A stretch of DNA of 62,936 bases, filler included, from Reclinomonas americana ATCC 50394 (Eukaryota), in the NCBI GenBank assembly GCA_048213135.1. It is 16 parts of 16 records of this genome, joined end to end, with 100 filler letters (N's around TTAATTAATTAA, not from the genome) between each part and the next. Parts side by side here need not be neighbours in the genome. Positions count along the whole stretch, not along the records: positions 1 to 4,836 come from AFZH01019150.1; positions 4,937 to 10,137 come from AFZH01019151.1; positions 10,238 to 20,890 come from AFZH01019152.1; 13 more parts are not named here. One strand, written 5' to 3'. The translations under genes and the position numbers were made by a program. Under the pieces are notes generated by a model, which searched no databases, was not told the DNA's origin, and saw only the letters and a list, made by a program, of their open reading frames with translations. Below are positions 1-13,300 of the stretch, one piece after another (within the stretch, counting starts at the first letter, position 1; each line of letters starts with the position of its first letter).

Positions 1-569
1 GAGAGAGAGAGAGTGAGAGAAAAGCAGTGAGGAAGCAGCATAGAGACACAGCAGCGGCAGGCGAGCACGAGAAGGAGGAGAAAGGGCGAAGGACTACGAC
101 TCTTCCTTCGTTTTCTTGATCTCCCACTTCGTCTCCCCCACTTCGTCTCCCCCTCTTCGTCTCCTCCCTCTTCGTCTCGCACTTCATCTCTCACTTCATC
201 TTCCCACTTCGTCTCTCACTTCGTCTTCCCACTTCATCTTCCCACTTCATCTCCTCCCACTTCGTCTCCTCCCACTTCGTCTCCACCCACTTCGTCTCCT
301 CCCACTTCGTCTTTCCACTTCGTCTTTCCACTTCGTCTCTCCCCTACTTCGTCTCCCCCTACTTCGTCTCCCCCACTTCGTCTCCCATTTTGTCTCTTTC
401 GTCTCGTCTACCTCGGTTCTCTTTGCTTCATTTCTCTCTCTCTGTCAGCTCTTGTCTCCCAGTTGTTCCCTTCTGCTTTACTTTCCGCTTTTAATGTCGC
501 TCGCTCGCCTCTTCTCCTCCTCCTTCTCCTCCTCCGCCATCCTCCGTGCCTCTCACTCGCATACCGCAG

Positions 570-1282
570 CTCGGATGCGGTCACGGACTCGCCGGGATCA
601 TGGCCCTCCACGATGGATGGGTATCGCGCATGGATTTTGCCGATTATGCTTCGTCTCACCCCCGTCCTCTCCTTTACGTGCATTCACTCGCTCACTCGCG
701 ACAGTGCAGAACTCGGAGGTGCTGGAGAACGTGACGGCGCGCAACGTGGTGCTCAACTGCGGTGCCAATGCGATGCGACGGTGTCGCTTCTTCGCCGGTG
801 ACTGGGAGTTCTTTTCGGTCAGAATCATCGCTTCTCTATACTGCTCCACTTCTCTCACTCATCTCGCACGTCACTGACAGGATGTGGTAAATCAGCGCTA
901 CGAGGGCGACGATGAGGAGGAGGGAGTGCCGTCGCCGGTGCTGTACGATCTGATCGTGTCGGGCGACACGTGCTACAATGTCGAGTCGATACCACGCCTG
1001 GTGCAGGTGCTGTGCAACCATCTGCGACCAGGCACCGGCCGCGCCATTGTGGCCTCCAAGATCTACTATTTTGGCGTGGGTGGCGGCACGCAAGGTTTTC
1101 TGCCTTCCCCGTCGTCGTCCTCTGAGAACACGACACTCACCGCCTCTCTCCATCCAACAGAATTCCGCGAGGCCGTCGCCGCCAGTCAAGTATTAACCGT
1201 GGCCGACTCGTACCGCGTCGAAGACGGCCTCTCCAACATTCGCGAGGTGCTGGTCGTAGCCACCACCGCCACCACAACGTAG
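570..1282 (+). CDS. METTL18: Histidine protein methyltransferase METTL18/Hpm1-like, 3' portion (4 visible exons; 5' end outside window)
   Basis: Spliced translation LGCGHGLAGI..DFADY|NSEVLENVT..FFAGDW..YDLIVSGDTCYN..ASKIYYFGVGGGTQ|EF..SNIREV carries the family motifs in order. Stop TAG at 1280-1282. Confidence 0.85.
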
Positions 1283-1303
1283 ACAAGAATAATAATAGAT
1301 CGC

Positions 1304-4200
1304 TTACACCAGTTTGTCAAACACCTCGGCCGCACTAATGCCGGTGGCATTCTGCCGTTCCAGCATAATGGTCTCCAGTCGCTCCATGTCCGTGGTAGCG
1401 AGTTCGTTGAATCGGGCGTCGATAATCACCAGTCGTGGATTGGCCACCACCGAATCCAGGAGCACGCTGCCGGCTGCGGGGAGAAAGAAAGGTCATTTTC
1501 AAGGGAGGTGTGATGAAAGGCAGGTGTCGCACGCAACTCCTGGCATCAATGGCGTTGCAGGAGACGTCGAGCGCGGTCAGCGAGTGGTTCGAGCGCAGCA
1601 CCTCGGCCAGCACCAGGGTTGTCTCCACGCCCAGGCCGGTGCCCTCGAGACTCAGCGTCTGCAGCTTGTGGTTGCTCTGCAATGGAGGAAGGGAGTAAGA
1701 AAAGAGAGGTAGGGGGGAATAGGAGAAGGAGAAGGGAGAATGGGGAACAGGAGAGGAAGAAACAGGGGGATGGCGTCGACAGAATCCTTCTTTTCGCCTC
1801 CACCCCTTCCCCTTTCCATCACCCACCTTCAACCCATTGACCACATGCAGTGCACCCTCCTCATGTAGCCGGTTGAGACGCAGCGAGAGACTCTCCAACG
1901 TGCTATTCTCCGCAATGGCACGACCCAAATGCTTGCTGCCTGATTTCCCAAAGGCGTTGTCGAACAGATTGAGATGTCTCAGGTGGCACTTGGCGGGCTG
2001 TCGCAACAGCGACGACAGTGCCTTGGCGCCGTCGTCTCCAATCTTATTGTGCGACAAGTCTACCAAGAGGTGTCAGCATGCGCACCAACTCCCTTTGCTC
2101 ATCTCCTACTTCTCCCCCCCACACTCACCCAACAACGTCACGCTGCTGTTCTTCACCAGGCCCGACAGGATGGCGCGCAGCTTCAAATCGTCAATCATGT
2201 TCTCGCACAGCTTGAGCTCGCGCAGCGTGTTGTTGGAGGAGAGCACGGCGGCGAGGTGCAGACAGTCCTGATTGTTGAGGCCAATGCCGCTCAACGAAAA
2301 GTCGGTGCCATACGACTGCGCACCGTAGGTGACGGAGACGCGCTCCAGTCGCGGCAGGCAGTGGAAGACGAGTCGAATGTCGAGGTGTGACTTGAGCTGG
2401 CGGCACGTGAGGTTGGTCACAATGCCGGCGGCCAGTTCGCAGTTTGCCCGGAAGCGATCCACGAAATCCGTCGCCACTTCGCCGCTCTGCTCCAAAAAGT
2501 CCTGCAGGTGCTTCTCCAGGTACAGCTGGCGAGGGGCGAAGAATGAGATAGGGACAGAGGGAAAAGGGGGTGGAATGGAGAGGGATGCACACCTTCTTCC
2601 AGTGCGTGGTCGGCGGCAACTGTCCCGACGGCCATCGACTCTCACAGCACCGCTTCCAGTACCGCTCGTCAGAGATGCGCGTGACTGTCAGCACCAGTGG
2701 CAAGTCCTGCAAAACAGAGGAGGGTAAGAGGGAGGGCGTCCGACAGGAGACGGGTGGCGGTGCTGCGCAACTGTGGACAAGTGCTCCGTGACCATCGCCG
2801 CACACTCCTCCGGCAAGTCGGCCAGCGTCGGCTGCTGCAAAAAGCTGGCGGCAATGCTCTTGGCGCACAGCAGCAGCAGCGGCGGTACAAAGTACGACGC
2901 GGTGCCATTTCGTCGGTATGCGTTGGGCGCCAGTGCACGCTGCAGCTCTTGCTCTTGCTGCGAGGGATGAGGGGGTGAGGGGGGTGCAAAACAAAGGGGA
3001 GATGGAGAGAGATAAAGAATGCACCTTCACAAATTGGTACATGAGCTTGACCTCGGATTGTGAGAGCTTGGCAGCCAGTGCCGCCTGCTGCTCGTTGAAT
3101 CTCCTCGACTGTGGGGGTGTGCGGAGAAAGTGAGCAGCGGCAAGGATGCGAAAAAGGAAAGAGACGGCTGTTCCACTCAACGTCACTGCGCAGCTCGCTG
3201 TGCTTCTTTCGCACATCGCGGAGTGGGTTGGAGATCTCGTGTGGTTCCTCGACGAACCAGTCTTCGGCGTTGCCGGCGGGACCACCGACGCCGGCGCTGC
3301 TGAGGCGGCCGCGGGTTTCTGGGAAGGAGGGAGAAGGGGTGAGGCGAAGGAGGAGAAGGAGGGAGAGGAGGTGAAGAGAGGGAGGTGAAGGGAGAGAGAG
3401 GGATAGGCAATGGAAGGGAGGAGAGAAAGAGAGAGAGGCAGTGATAGAGAGAAACACAAAGAGAGAGAAAGAGCGAGAGAAGAGAGACAGAAGAAGACGA
3501 ATAAGAAGAAGAAGAAAAGGAAGAAGAGGAGGAAGAGAGAGAGAGAGATGGTCAGAAGGAGAGAGAGAGACAACGATGCACACACAAAGAGAAAGAGTCA
3601 AGCGAAGAGAGACTCTTTGGTTCAAAGTATGTGGAGTGACACTGACTGACTGTCGCCGGTCATGAGAGATTGTCTAGTGAGTGCGCAAGTCGGTTGCTGC
3701 TCTATCGCTGTGCGGGGTGACAGAAACGCGCGTCTGCGCTCACTCGACTCTGTGTGTGTCTCTGTGATGCACACTGTTGACTCCAGTTTGTGTAACAAGC
3801 AAGGGACAGATTGTGGTTAAGAAAACTCTCGAATCTCTCAGTCTGGGGAACAAGCGAGAAACAACGCGCACATTCTCTACAAACAGGTGAGGGAAAAGCG
3901 TCCGTTATCAACACTGTGCGTGTTTGTCTGTCGCACTCTCCCCTGTTGCGATAGAAGTGACAAACAAGGCGAGCTAGCCAAGAGTGATGGTCTCGGATCA
4001 TGCAACGACACAAGGGCACACACATGGAGCGCTTGCCACTCGACTGCTGCTCAATTCCACAGATCTCTCCAGACAAACAGAAAACGTGCAGAACGAGGTA
4101 TCTCTCCTTGGCCCTGGATCAAACACTCACCAGGCAACAATGGCTCTGGCACCGGCGGCAACGGCGAACCCGCCTCCGGCAACACTGCATCCTCACTCAT
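1304..4200 (-). CDS. TCTE1: Dynein regulatory complex subunit 5 (TCTE1/DRC5), LRR protein, about 9 exons; N-terminal exons tentative
   Basis: Spliced VPPLLLLCAKSIAASF..HLST|DLPLVLTVTRISDERYWKRCCESRW..WKK|LYLEKHLQDFLE, then RNI-like LRRs (LKLCENMIDD, DLSHNKIGDDGA, LSLRLNRL). Stop TAA at 1304-1306. Confidence 0.85.
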
Positions 4201-4759
4201 CTACTCGACAGAGAGAAGAGAGATGAGTGAGAACGCAGAACCGCACAATTAAAGGAATGAGAACAGTCACGCCAGACAGCGACAAACAAGACTCGCCAAC
4301 AATGGGAACAGTGTCAAACAGCAACAGCGTGACCACACTATCACCAAACAACAACGGATGCAGAACGAAAACTGAACGATCGCAAGCACACACAAGCACT
4401 CTCACAGACAAAACAACAAGGGATGCAGCACAGAGAGGAACGATCGCACAAACTCACTCACTCGCACAGTCACACCGTCTCACAAATCAACAAGGGATGC
4501 AGAACGAAAATGAACGATGACAACAAGCGCACACAAAGTACTCTCTTTCTCTCTCAATCACGAAACAGCGTGCGTACACGAGTGAGTGAGAACGAGAGAG
4601 AGAGAGAGAGAGAGTGAGTGAGTGAGTGCATGAGTGAAAGAGAGAGTACAGTGAAGAGTGGGTGAGTGAGTGAGTGAGTGAGTGAGAGAGAATGAATGAA
4701 TGAATGAGTGATCATTCCTCTCTTATCTGCATCCCTTGATGCACTCACTCACACACACA

Positions 4760-4828
<69 letters not shown>

Positions 4829-4963
4829 CCTACCTANNNNNNNNNNNNNNNNNNNNNNNNNNNNNNNNNNNNNNNNNNNNTTAATTAATTAANNNNNNNN
4901 NNNNNNNNNNNNNNNNNNNNNNNNNNNNNNNNNNNNACGCTACTTGGTACGTCGTTTCTTCTG

Positions 4964-5018
<55 letters not shown>

Positions 5019-5104
5019 TTCTCTCTCTCCCATTGACACACGCACATACACTCCCTCCGTCTTGTGTGTGCGCGTAAAGTAAGCCGATCAACTGCATCGT
5101 GCAG

Positions 5105-5817
5105 ATTGCGTCGAGAATCAACTCGGCCCTCTCCAGTATCACAGCAAAATCAGCAATGAGTGCCTCGTTGCTGGTGCCGCTGCTTACCGCTCTCTTGATG
5201 AATTCAAGCAGTTTTTGCAGCGCACCGGAGTCGAGGATGCCAAGGTGTGTTTTTAGCCTGCTTGGCGCAGCGTGTGGTTTTCCTTCTTTATCGGCGCCAA
5301 CACGTTGACACACAGGTGGCGAATGCGAAGGATGGCCGTGCTGAGGCTATCACGGCTGCCTTTGCAAACCGTGAGCAGTCGCGCGTGGTCTTTGGAATGA
5401 TCGATGGTTTGTGGGCGGGAGCGTGATCGTTGGTCGTTGGGTGCAGCCTACGCTCACCGTACTTGTGATGTGTGTGCATGTAGTTGTCAGCTATCATCTC
5501 CACCATGTTGACGGCAAGAACGCGACGTTTGGGAAGATTGTTAACTGGTTGCACCGGCATCGACTTACGCTTTGCTCATCTCCGGAGACTGTTTCCGTGC
5601 TCTGGCCGGCTCCGAGGGGAATACGGCCTTCATGGTGCATCTACCGTGGGAGTTCTTGTTTCCGACGGCAGGTGGGATGGAACACGGTGACCGTGTGGAG
5701 CAGGCCGCACAGGCAGCTGGCAGTGACGCTGTTGGGAGCTCCTCGGGTGACGATCGCGGCGTGGGAGATGAGCTGGAGGAAGCTGAAAGGGAGGAAGATG
5801 ACGGTGATCTTGACTGA
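5105..5817 (+). CDS. 3' exons of a hypothetical protein with an acidic C-terminus
   Basis: GC-rich blocks bounded by cag/gt that join in frame (..FLQRTGVEDAK|VANAKDG..FGMID|VVSYH..). Ends ..EREEDDGDLD-TGA. The last junction is unresolved and I recognise no family. Confidence 0.45.
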
Positions 5818-6381
5818 CGGATCCCGAACGGGAGCGGGATATTTTTTGCAGTTTTTCACAGCAGTGCAGACTGACAGACAGACTTAGAAGATGAGTACTG
5901 TATAGTGAATGGTGCAGCACTTGCTTGCGGATTGTGGCGTTGTCGGGAGGGCTGGTGCAGCGGGGGGCGCGGGATTTGGCGATATAACCGGCCCGACGAT
6001 TGCAACTGATTCATGCAGTCGTCGTCCAAACGATTGTCGGCAGTAGCCAACGCTGGCAAACGTTTTCACCAGAGATGTGGGCAAAACGTCGCAACGAGGG
6101 AGCTAAATCAGGTACATGTCGGGATAACGTTCTAAACTAATGTTGGCCAAACGCTGTCGTATCGACGTCTATGTGAGATTTGCCGACGATTCACCGAGAT
6201 TTCTGCCTTATACAGGACATGAGGCGCCCAGGAATCGGGAGTCAGTCGGCCAACGGTTGGTGAAACTCTTCCCAACGTCGGACAGTTTGGACGCACTTGG
6301 CCGTGTACTCCACTCTCTGCGTGTTTGTGAGCGAAGCCCACGCACTCGAGTCGTCTCCCCGCGTGCGCCACATGTGCCGCA

Positions 6382-7888
6382 ATGACCACCGTCGCCACCA
6401 CAGTCAGCGAGTGAGTGGAGTCAGGCAAGAGAGACACACACACACGTCTCTGACACCACACTAACACGTCTCCACCGCGCAGCGCCACCACTCTCTCTCA
6501 GAGGAGGCGCCTCCACACACGAGATCACACACCGCGTCGTCGCCAGCAGCGGTGAGACGGCTGTGGAGTGAGTTGTCTGGTGATGATGGTGTGTGTGTGC
6601 GCCCTGTCGCAACAAAAGTGCCCCGACGCGACGCGTTGGATGATTTCTTGGGAGTGCGGGTGTCATGGGTGTGTGTGGGGGTGTGCTTGAGCGAAAGTGT
6701 GAGTGTTTGTTGTTGTGTTGAGCACACTGCGTGTGAGGGTGTTTGCTTTTCCCCCACGCGGGTTGCTCGCGCGCGGGAAAGTACTAAAGAGATTTTTCTG
6801 ACTGCTCCATCCTCGACTGCAGTGCCCTCAGAGACAACCATGCAAGGTATGATGATGGTGGTGATGGCTACTACCATGTGCCATGCCATATTGGCGCAGC
6901 GTTGTTGGATTCTCGGTGGTGCGTCGCCTGATTGATGATGCCTGTGTCTTGCTTCCTAATCTCTCTCTCCATCTCTCTCTCTCTCACACACATCTGCCCT
7001 TGCAGTCGCCGCGTGGTGACTCGACGGCAAGCATGCACAGCCCCTCCACCGTGCTTCAGGTGTGCTGCTGTTGCGCAGTGTGGCCGCTGATGCACTGTTC
7101 TCGCACTGAGTTCTTCCGATGACGCGTGTTGTTCTCTCCCCTCACAGGGCCGCAGCCGCTGTCGTCCGTGGCGATGCGACTCAGTTCCGCAGAGCTGCTT
7201 GACGATCTGCAGAAGCATCGATGCAGGTCTGTTTGTGTGAGTGGCATCGCACTGCCGATCTCACTTGCTTACGCTCATTGTACATCACGCACACAGGTTG
7301 TCACCAGATGCATTGCGGTGAGTCAGTACCCATGTGGCATCACTCCGTCTTGTGCTCATCAGAGTGTGAAACAGGCGCACAGGGAGTGCGAAGAGCGCTG
7401 CACCACGGCGTGTGGTTCAGGAGAGCAGTCACCGGCTGGACGTGCTCAAGGTTCGCTGCCTTCTCACTCCACAAGGGCCATTGCACGTAGCGTCTCTCTC
7501 ATTCACCATTCTAATAAGAGCCTGTGTTGCTGTTGCTCATACATTGCCTTCCTCCTTGTTTCCATTCCATGTCGCCTGCATTCTCTCTGCTTTGTGCCTG
7601 TGCCACTCTGAATCGTCCTTCATCTCTCCCTGGCATGTGCTGTATCTCTGCTGGCCCGCGCTGCACCTGCCTCGTGAACTCTGTTCCTTTCTCTGCCACA
7701 CGTCGTCGTTCCCTCTCCGCACTCCAACATCTTCCACTCTTTGGCGTTCTCACCACGTCAAGTGCTGTGTCGCTCACTGCTGTGATCATGCAGGGAGACA
7801 CCAACTGAGTGGTGTCGATGACGATGACGAGGATGAGGAGCACGACGAGGAGGAAGGTGAGAGGGAGGCGAGCAAGCGTGGACGGTAA
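6382..7888 (+). CDS. Small multi-exon hypothetical protein (exon structure only partly resolved)
   Basis: ATG at 6382 followed by repeated short blocks flanked by GTGAGT/GTGCGT/GTGTGC donors and YAG acceptors. Acidic last exon DDDDEDEEHDEEE..KRGR-TAA. Confidence 0.35.
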
Positions 7889-8074
7889 GGAGGGAGGCAT
7901 ATTACTTTCCAGTGTATCTGCATGTCGTTCAGTGAGACAGTGTGTGAGCGAGACGTTTGTACATGGTGTATTGGTGTTGGAGAGTACTTGAGTGAAAGCA
8001 GACGATTGTTGCTGTATGTGCTGCAGTGCGGGGGGCGGGGCGGGGCGGGGCTGGGCGGGGGTGCTGTATAGAGC

Positions 8075-8362
8075 ATGGACAGATGATTGACAGTGGATGG
8101 ACACTGCATGGACAGTCCACTGGGTGTCCATGGATGGTCCGACTAGAGCCACTTTTGTGGTCCATGGACCGGACCGTGGACACGCAGCGTCCATGGACTG
8201 TCCGTGCCACGGTCCATCAGTGTCCATGGACAGTCCATGCAGTGTCCATGAAAAAGTCCATGGTCCGGACCAGTGTCCATGCATCGGACCATCAAGGGGA
8301 GTTGAATAAGGTGGTCCGGCTCCATGGAGAGTCCATGCAATGTCCATGAAATGTCCATGGTC
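8075..8362. repeat. Degenerate minisatellite built on the GTCCATG/CATGGAC motif (palindrome GTCCATGGAC)
   Basis: More than ten GTCCA(T)/TGGAC units in about 290 nt of intergenic DNA upstream of ARL13. Confidence 0.75.
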
Positions 8363-8680
8363 CTCGGGAATCGTTCTGTCAGGGGTTGCAATTTCGAATG
8401 GCTCACAACTGCAATTCGAAAATGCATACTGCACGCAAGAACAAAGGCAAAGGATGATGTGTACTGTGCCAATGCAAGGCGATTGAAAAGCACCTTGTAT
8501 GTTTCCTGAAAGGCAGAAGCCGAGTGATCGGACAGATCACTACATGCTCGCGCAACAACTGTCCATTCGCACGTTGAACGATTTCCTTATTGAGTGGCGC
8601 TTACTCTCTCACTCTCTTCCCCTTCTTCTCTCTCTGTTAATAGTGAGCAAGTTGAGATAGTGTCTTTGTGTTTGTGAGGG

Positions 8681-8880
8681 ATGTTTGGTCTGCTCGGCAA
8701 CTGCGTGCAATGGTGTCGTGAGAAGCGAAAAGGACTGGAAGTGAGGGTGTTGGTGATTGGCATTGATGGCGCGGGAAAGACGACGTTGTGGTCGGTGTTG
8801 CAAGGAGGTGAGTGTGTGAGAAAGAGAGAGAGAGAGAGGAGAGAGAGAGGAGGGAGGGAAAGGGTGAGTGAGAGGAAGGA

Positions 8881-8911
<31 letters not shown>

Positions 8912-9075
8912 CGTGTGTGAGGGTGTGTGTATGTGTGTGTGTGTGTGTGAGAGAGAGAGAGTGTGTGTGTGAGAGAGAAAGACTGACTTTGGCAGTTTCC
9001 TTTGATTTCTCATGGCGTCCTCTCAACGACCCACTCACCAACTCACTGACTCACTCTCTCACTCTCTCACTCCCT

Positions 9076-9148
<73 letters not shown>

Positions 9149-9992
9149 TCACACACTCCCTCACTCACTAACTCACTCTCTCTCACTCACTTATTCACTC
9201 ATACACACACTCACTCTCTCACACTCCCTCACTCACTAACTCAGTCGCTCACTCTCTCTCTCTCCGTCTCTCACTTACTCATACACATACTCCCTCACTC
9301 TCTCACTCACTCACTCGCACTCTCCTTCCCTTCTCATCAGTCGCTGTCAGTTTGCTGTGCTCTTCACACCCCTCCTCACTCTCCTCTTCCCTTTCACTTC
9401 TCTCTATCGCCTCTCCTTTCACTCCCTGTTCACTGTTCAATTTCGTTCATCCCATCCCCCGTGCCCGTAACACATAGATCCCAAGCGCAACGCACGGCCG
9501 ACAATTGGTTTCGACGACGCCAAGGTGTCGATCGATGATCGGTATCGCGTGACGTTTTCCGATGTGGGCGGCGGCAAGGCCATGCGCAAGACGTGGGGAC
9601 AGTATTTTCATGATGTTGCGTGTGGGGAGGATCATCTTCTCTCTCTCTCTCTTCTCTCTGGTTGTCCATGTGTTCATCCACCCTCGTCTTGGCTCGCTAA
9701 CACGCTCAGTCGCTCGCCGTCGCTCTCTTCCCTTCTTGATTCGCGGCGTGTGACGCCTGTCTCGTCTCTCGTCTCTCTCTCGTCTCTCTCATTCTCCCCC
9801 ATCTGTTCTTCTTCTTCTTCTCCTTCTTCTGCTCTTCCTTCTTCTTGTTCTTGTCTTCTTCTTCTTCTTTCTTTCTCTCTCTCTCTCCTTTTCCTTGCGC
9901 GAAGTAGTTCACTCACACTCGCCCTCTCTTTTCTTCTTGATCGTCCGCGTTGTCTCGTCTCGTCTTTCCTCGTCTCGTCTCGTCTCGTCTCG

Positions 9993-10044
<52 letters not shown>

Positions 10045-10320
10045 CGTCCGTCCGTCCGTCCTCCGTCCTCCCCGTCCCCGTCTCCTCTCTCTCTCTCTCG
10101 TCTCGTACTCGTACGACGTACGACGTACGACGACGCGNNNNNNNNNNNNNNNNNNNNNNNNNNNNNNNNNNNNNNNNNNNNTTAATTAATTAANNNNNNN
10201 NNNNNNNNNNNNNNNNNNNNNNNNNNNNNNNNNNNNNGTAAGTTACGTTACTACCTACACCTACGTCCCGTCCCTCCTTTCTTTCTTTCGTTTACGTCGT
10301 CCGTCGTCGTCGTCTCGTCT

Positions 10321-10380
<60 letters not shown>

Positions 10381-13300
10381 CGCTCGCTCGCTTCCGCGCG
10401 CCCCCTTGTCCTTCCCTTCAGTCGTTCACTCCCAATCGCACTCTCGTTCCTCTTCTGTTGTTGTCAAGTGATCCGATTGACCGCGTTGCCTCGCCTCTTT
10501 CTCTCCCTCCTCTTCTTCTTCGCCTTTGTTCTTCTTCTCTCCCGCCCTTCCTTCCTTCTTCTCTTCTTCTTCTCTCTCTCTCTCTCCCTTCTTCTCCCTC
10601 CCTCTCTCCCATCTTCTCTCTCTCTCCCTCTCACTTGCCTCTCGCTCGCCGCTCGCAGAGTCACGGTTTTATCTTCATGGTGGACTCGGCAATGCCGGAG
10701 CGCTTTGAGGAGTCACGCAGCACGCTGGCTACGTACCTGGAGAATCCATACGTGGCTGGCAAGCCCGTCCTTGTGTTGCGTACATTTGTCCGTTGCGATA
10801 AATAGGGAGTACAAGAGAGTGTGCATCGTTTCCTCTGTTTCAGCAAGTACGTGTCTGCGCGTGAGTGATTGTTGATCGCAAGCCTCTCTTTCTCTTTCTC
10901 TCTCTCTGTTTCTCTCTCTCTCTCTCTCCCTCTGTTTCTCTTTCTCTGTGACTGAGCGAGTGCTCTTTGTGTGCTGCGCAAAGAGAGAGAATGAGAGAGT
11001 AGGCATCAGTATGTGTCTCAGTTGAGTGAGTGAGCGTCTTGATGTCGTGGTGACTTATTGGGTTTCTCACGTACTCTGGCTGGGTGTGATGAGAGCGAAC
11101 GAGTGAGTGTACGGCATCCCTTCCTACCCCTTTCTCCCCAAATTCTTCGTCTAGTCTTGTTCTGTGTCTGTGCTTGTTCTTCTCCACTATATTCTCCTCT
11201 TTTCCTTCCTCACCTCATCGTATTCTTCTTGTTCTTTTTGGTTTTTTCTCCTCCATTCTCCTCTTTCCTTCCTCACTTCACAGTCTCGTCCTGTCATTGA
11301 TCTTGTTTGTCCCTCAGCCTCTCTTTTCTCTCCATCCCCACCCGCCCTCCCCCTGCCCCTTTCCCTTTTCCCCCTCCCCCTTCCCTCACCCTCCCTTCCC
11401 CCTTCCATCAGCTTCGCGAACAAGCAAGACCTCCCCAAAGCACTGCCACCAGACCAAGTCGCCGAATCAATGGGCCTGGCCACGCTGCTGCAGTCGGCAT
11501 ATCAAATTGAACCGTGCGTGGCGCTGCTGCCTGAGGACGTCAACGACCCGGACCCGCGTATCCTCGACGGCGTGCGCTGGCTGCTCCGCACCATTGCGGG
11601 CGACTACGGCACGCTGTCGCACCGCGTGAAGCACGACAGTATCAAGGTGGAAGAGGAGCGGAGGCTGGCCATGGAGGAGAAGAAGAAGCGTGTGGAGGAG
11701 CTGAAGGGTGAGTGCGGAGGGAAGTGGCATTCAGGGAAAGGGAGTGACAAGACATGGGAGAAGAGAAGAGAGGAGAAGATAGGTGAAGGGAGGAGGAACC
11801 GAAAGGGGGCTGGAGGGAAAGGGACATGAGAGACAACACACACGACAGTGAAGGGGGAAGAGAAGAGGAAAGAGAAGAGTGGGGAGAAAAGAATAGGTGA
11901 GATGAGACAAGGGCAGGCGATCTGAACGGGGTTGAAGGGAGGGAGAAGGAAGACGCAATAGAGGGGAGAAGAGAAGAGAGGAGATGATAAGAGAAGCGAG
12001 GTCGAATCGAAGGAAACGGAGATGAGAGCCAACACACACACGCACATACACACAGCACACACAAAGAGGAGAGAGAACGGCTGAAAACAGAGAGCCTCCA
12101 ACTCGCTTTCCCTCCTCTTCTCATCTCCCGTCTTCTCTTCTCCCTTTGTGTTCTCTTCCACCTTCTGTCGTCTTCACTACCTCTTGGAGGATTAATGAAG
12201 GGAGAAGATAAGCGACAAGAGTAGGGAGAAGATAAGAGAGATGGAGGGGACAAGAGAAGCGAGAAGGAATCGAAGGGGCTGGAGGGAAAGGGATGTGAGA
12301 GACAACACGCACGCGCACGTACACAGAGCAGAGAGAGAACGGCTGAAAACAAGAGAGACAGTGAAGGGGGAAGAGAAGGGGAAAGAGAAGAGTGGGGAGA
12401 AAAGAAGAGGGGAGATGAGACAAGGGCAGGCGATCCGAACGGGGTTGAAGGGAGGGAGAAGGAAGAAGCAGTAGAAGGGAGAAGAGAAGAGGGGAGATGA
12501 TAAGAGAAGCGAGGTCGAATCGAAGGAAAGGGAGATGAGAGCCAACACACACACGCACACACACAAGAACACACACAGCACACACAGAGTAGAGAGAACG
12601 GCTGAAAACAGAGAGCCCCCAATTCGTTTTCCGTTCTCTTCTCATCTCCCATCTTCCCATCTCCCCTCTTCTCTTCTCTTCCACCTTCTGTCGTCTTCAC
12701 TACCTCTTGGAGGATTAATAAAAGGAGAAGATAAGAGATAAGAGTAGAGAGAAGCTAAGAGAAAGCAGACGAATAGAAAGGGAAGAGAGAAACGACGGAT
12801 CGCGCGTGTTTTAGTACTTTGTTGAAAACCCTGTGATTTCATTCTCATTCTTGTGCCACAGCGGCGAGACGGAGAGAGGCCGAGGCTGAAGAGGCGGCAG
12901 CGGCAGCCGCCGCTGGCGGTGGCGGTGTCGATTCTGCAGCAGCAGCACCACCACCCGTCACGGTGACCACCACCACCACGACGACCACTGCAACGGCGGC
13001 CAATGGCGGAGCCTCCTCATCGGTATCATCCATGCCCAGACCAATTCGACCCGGCGCCGTGGAGGGCGATGCCGGCAGTGGCAGTAGCAGCAGTGGCGGG
13101 AAAGTGGCCATGGTGGAGGTCGGTCGCTCCTCATCGACCCTCTCGTCGGCTTCCGCAGCGCAGCATGGCCACTCTGCGGCCGGGAATGAGGTGTCTGCGC
13201 TGAACACAGCAGCAGCAGCAGCAGCAGCACCGCCGCGCTCCAAGCGTGCGTTCGGGGAGAACGCAGTGTCGCCACGCGACGATCCGTCGCCTCGTGAGCA

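Noticed and set aside
4881..4892. Recurrent TTAATTAATTAA motif between N runs
   Set aside because: It is an artificial six-frame-stop linker marking assembly gaps, not biology.
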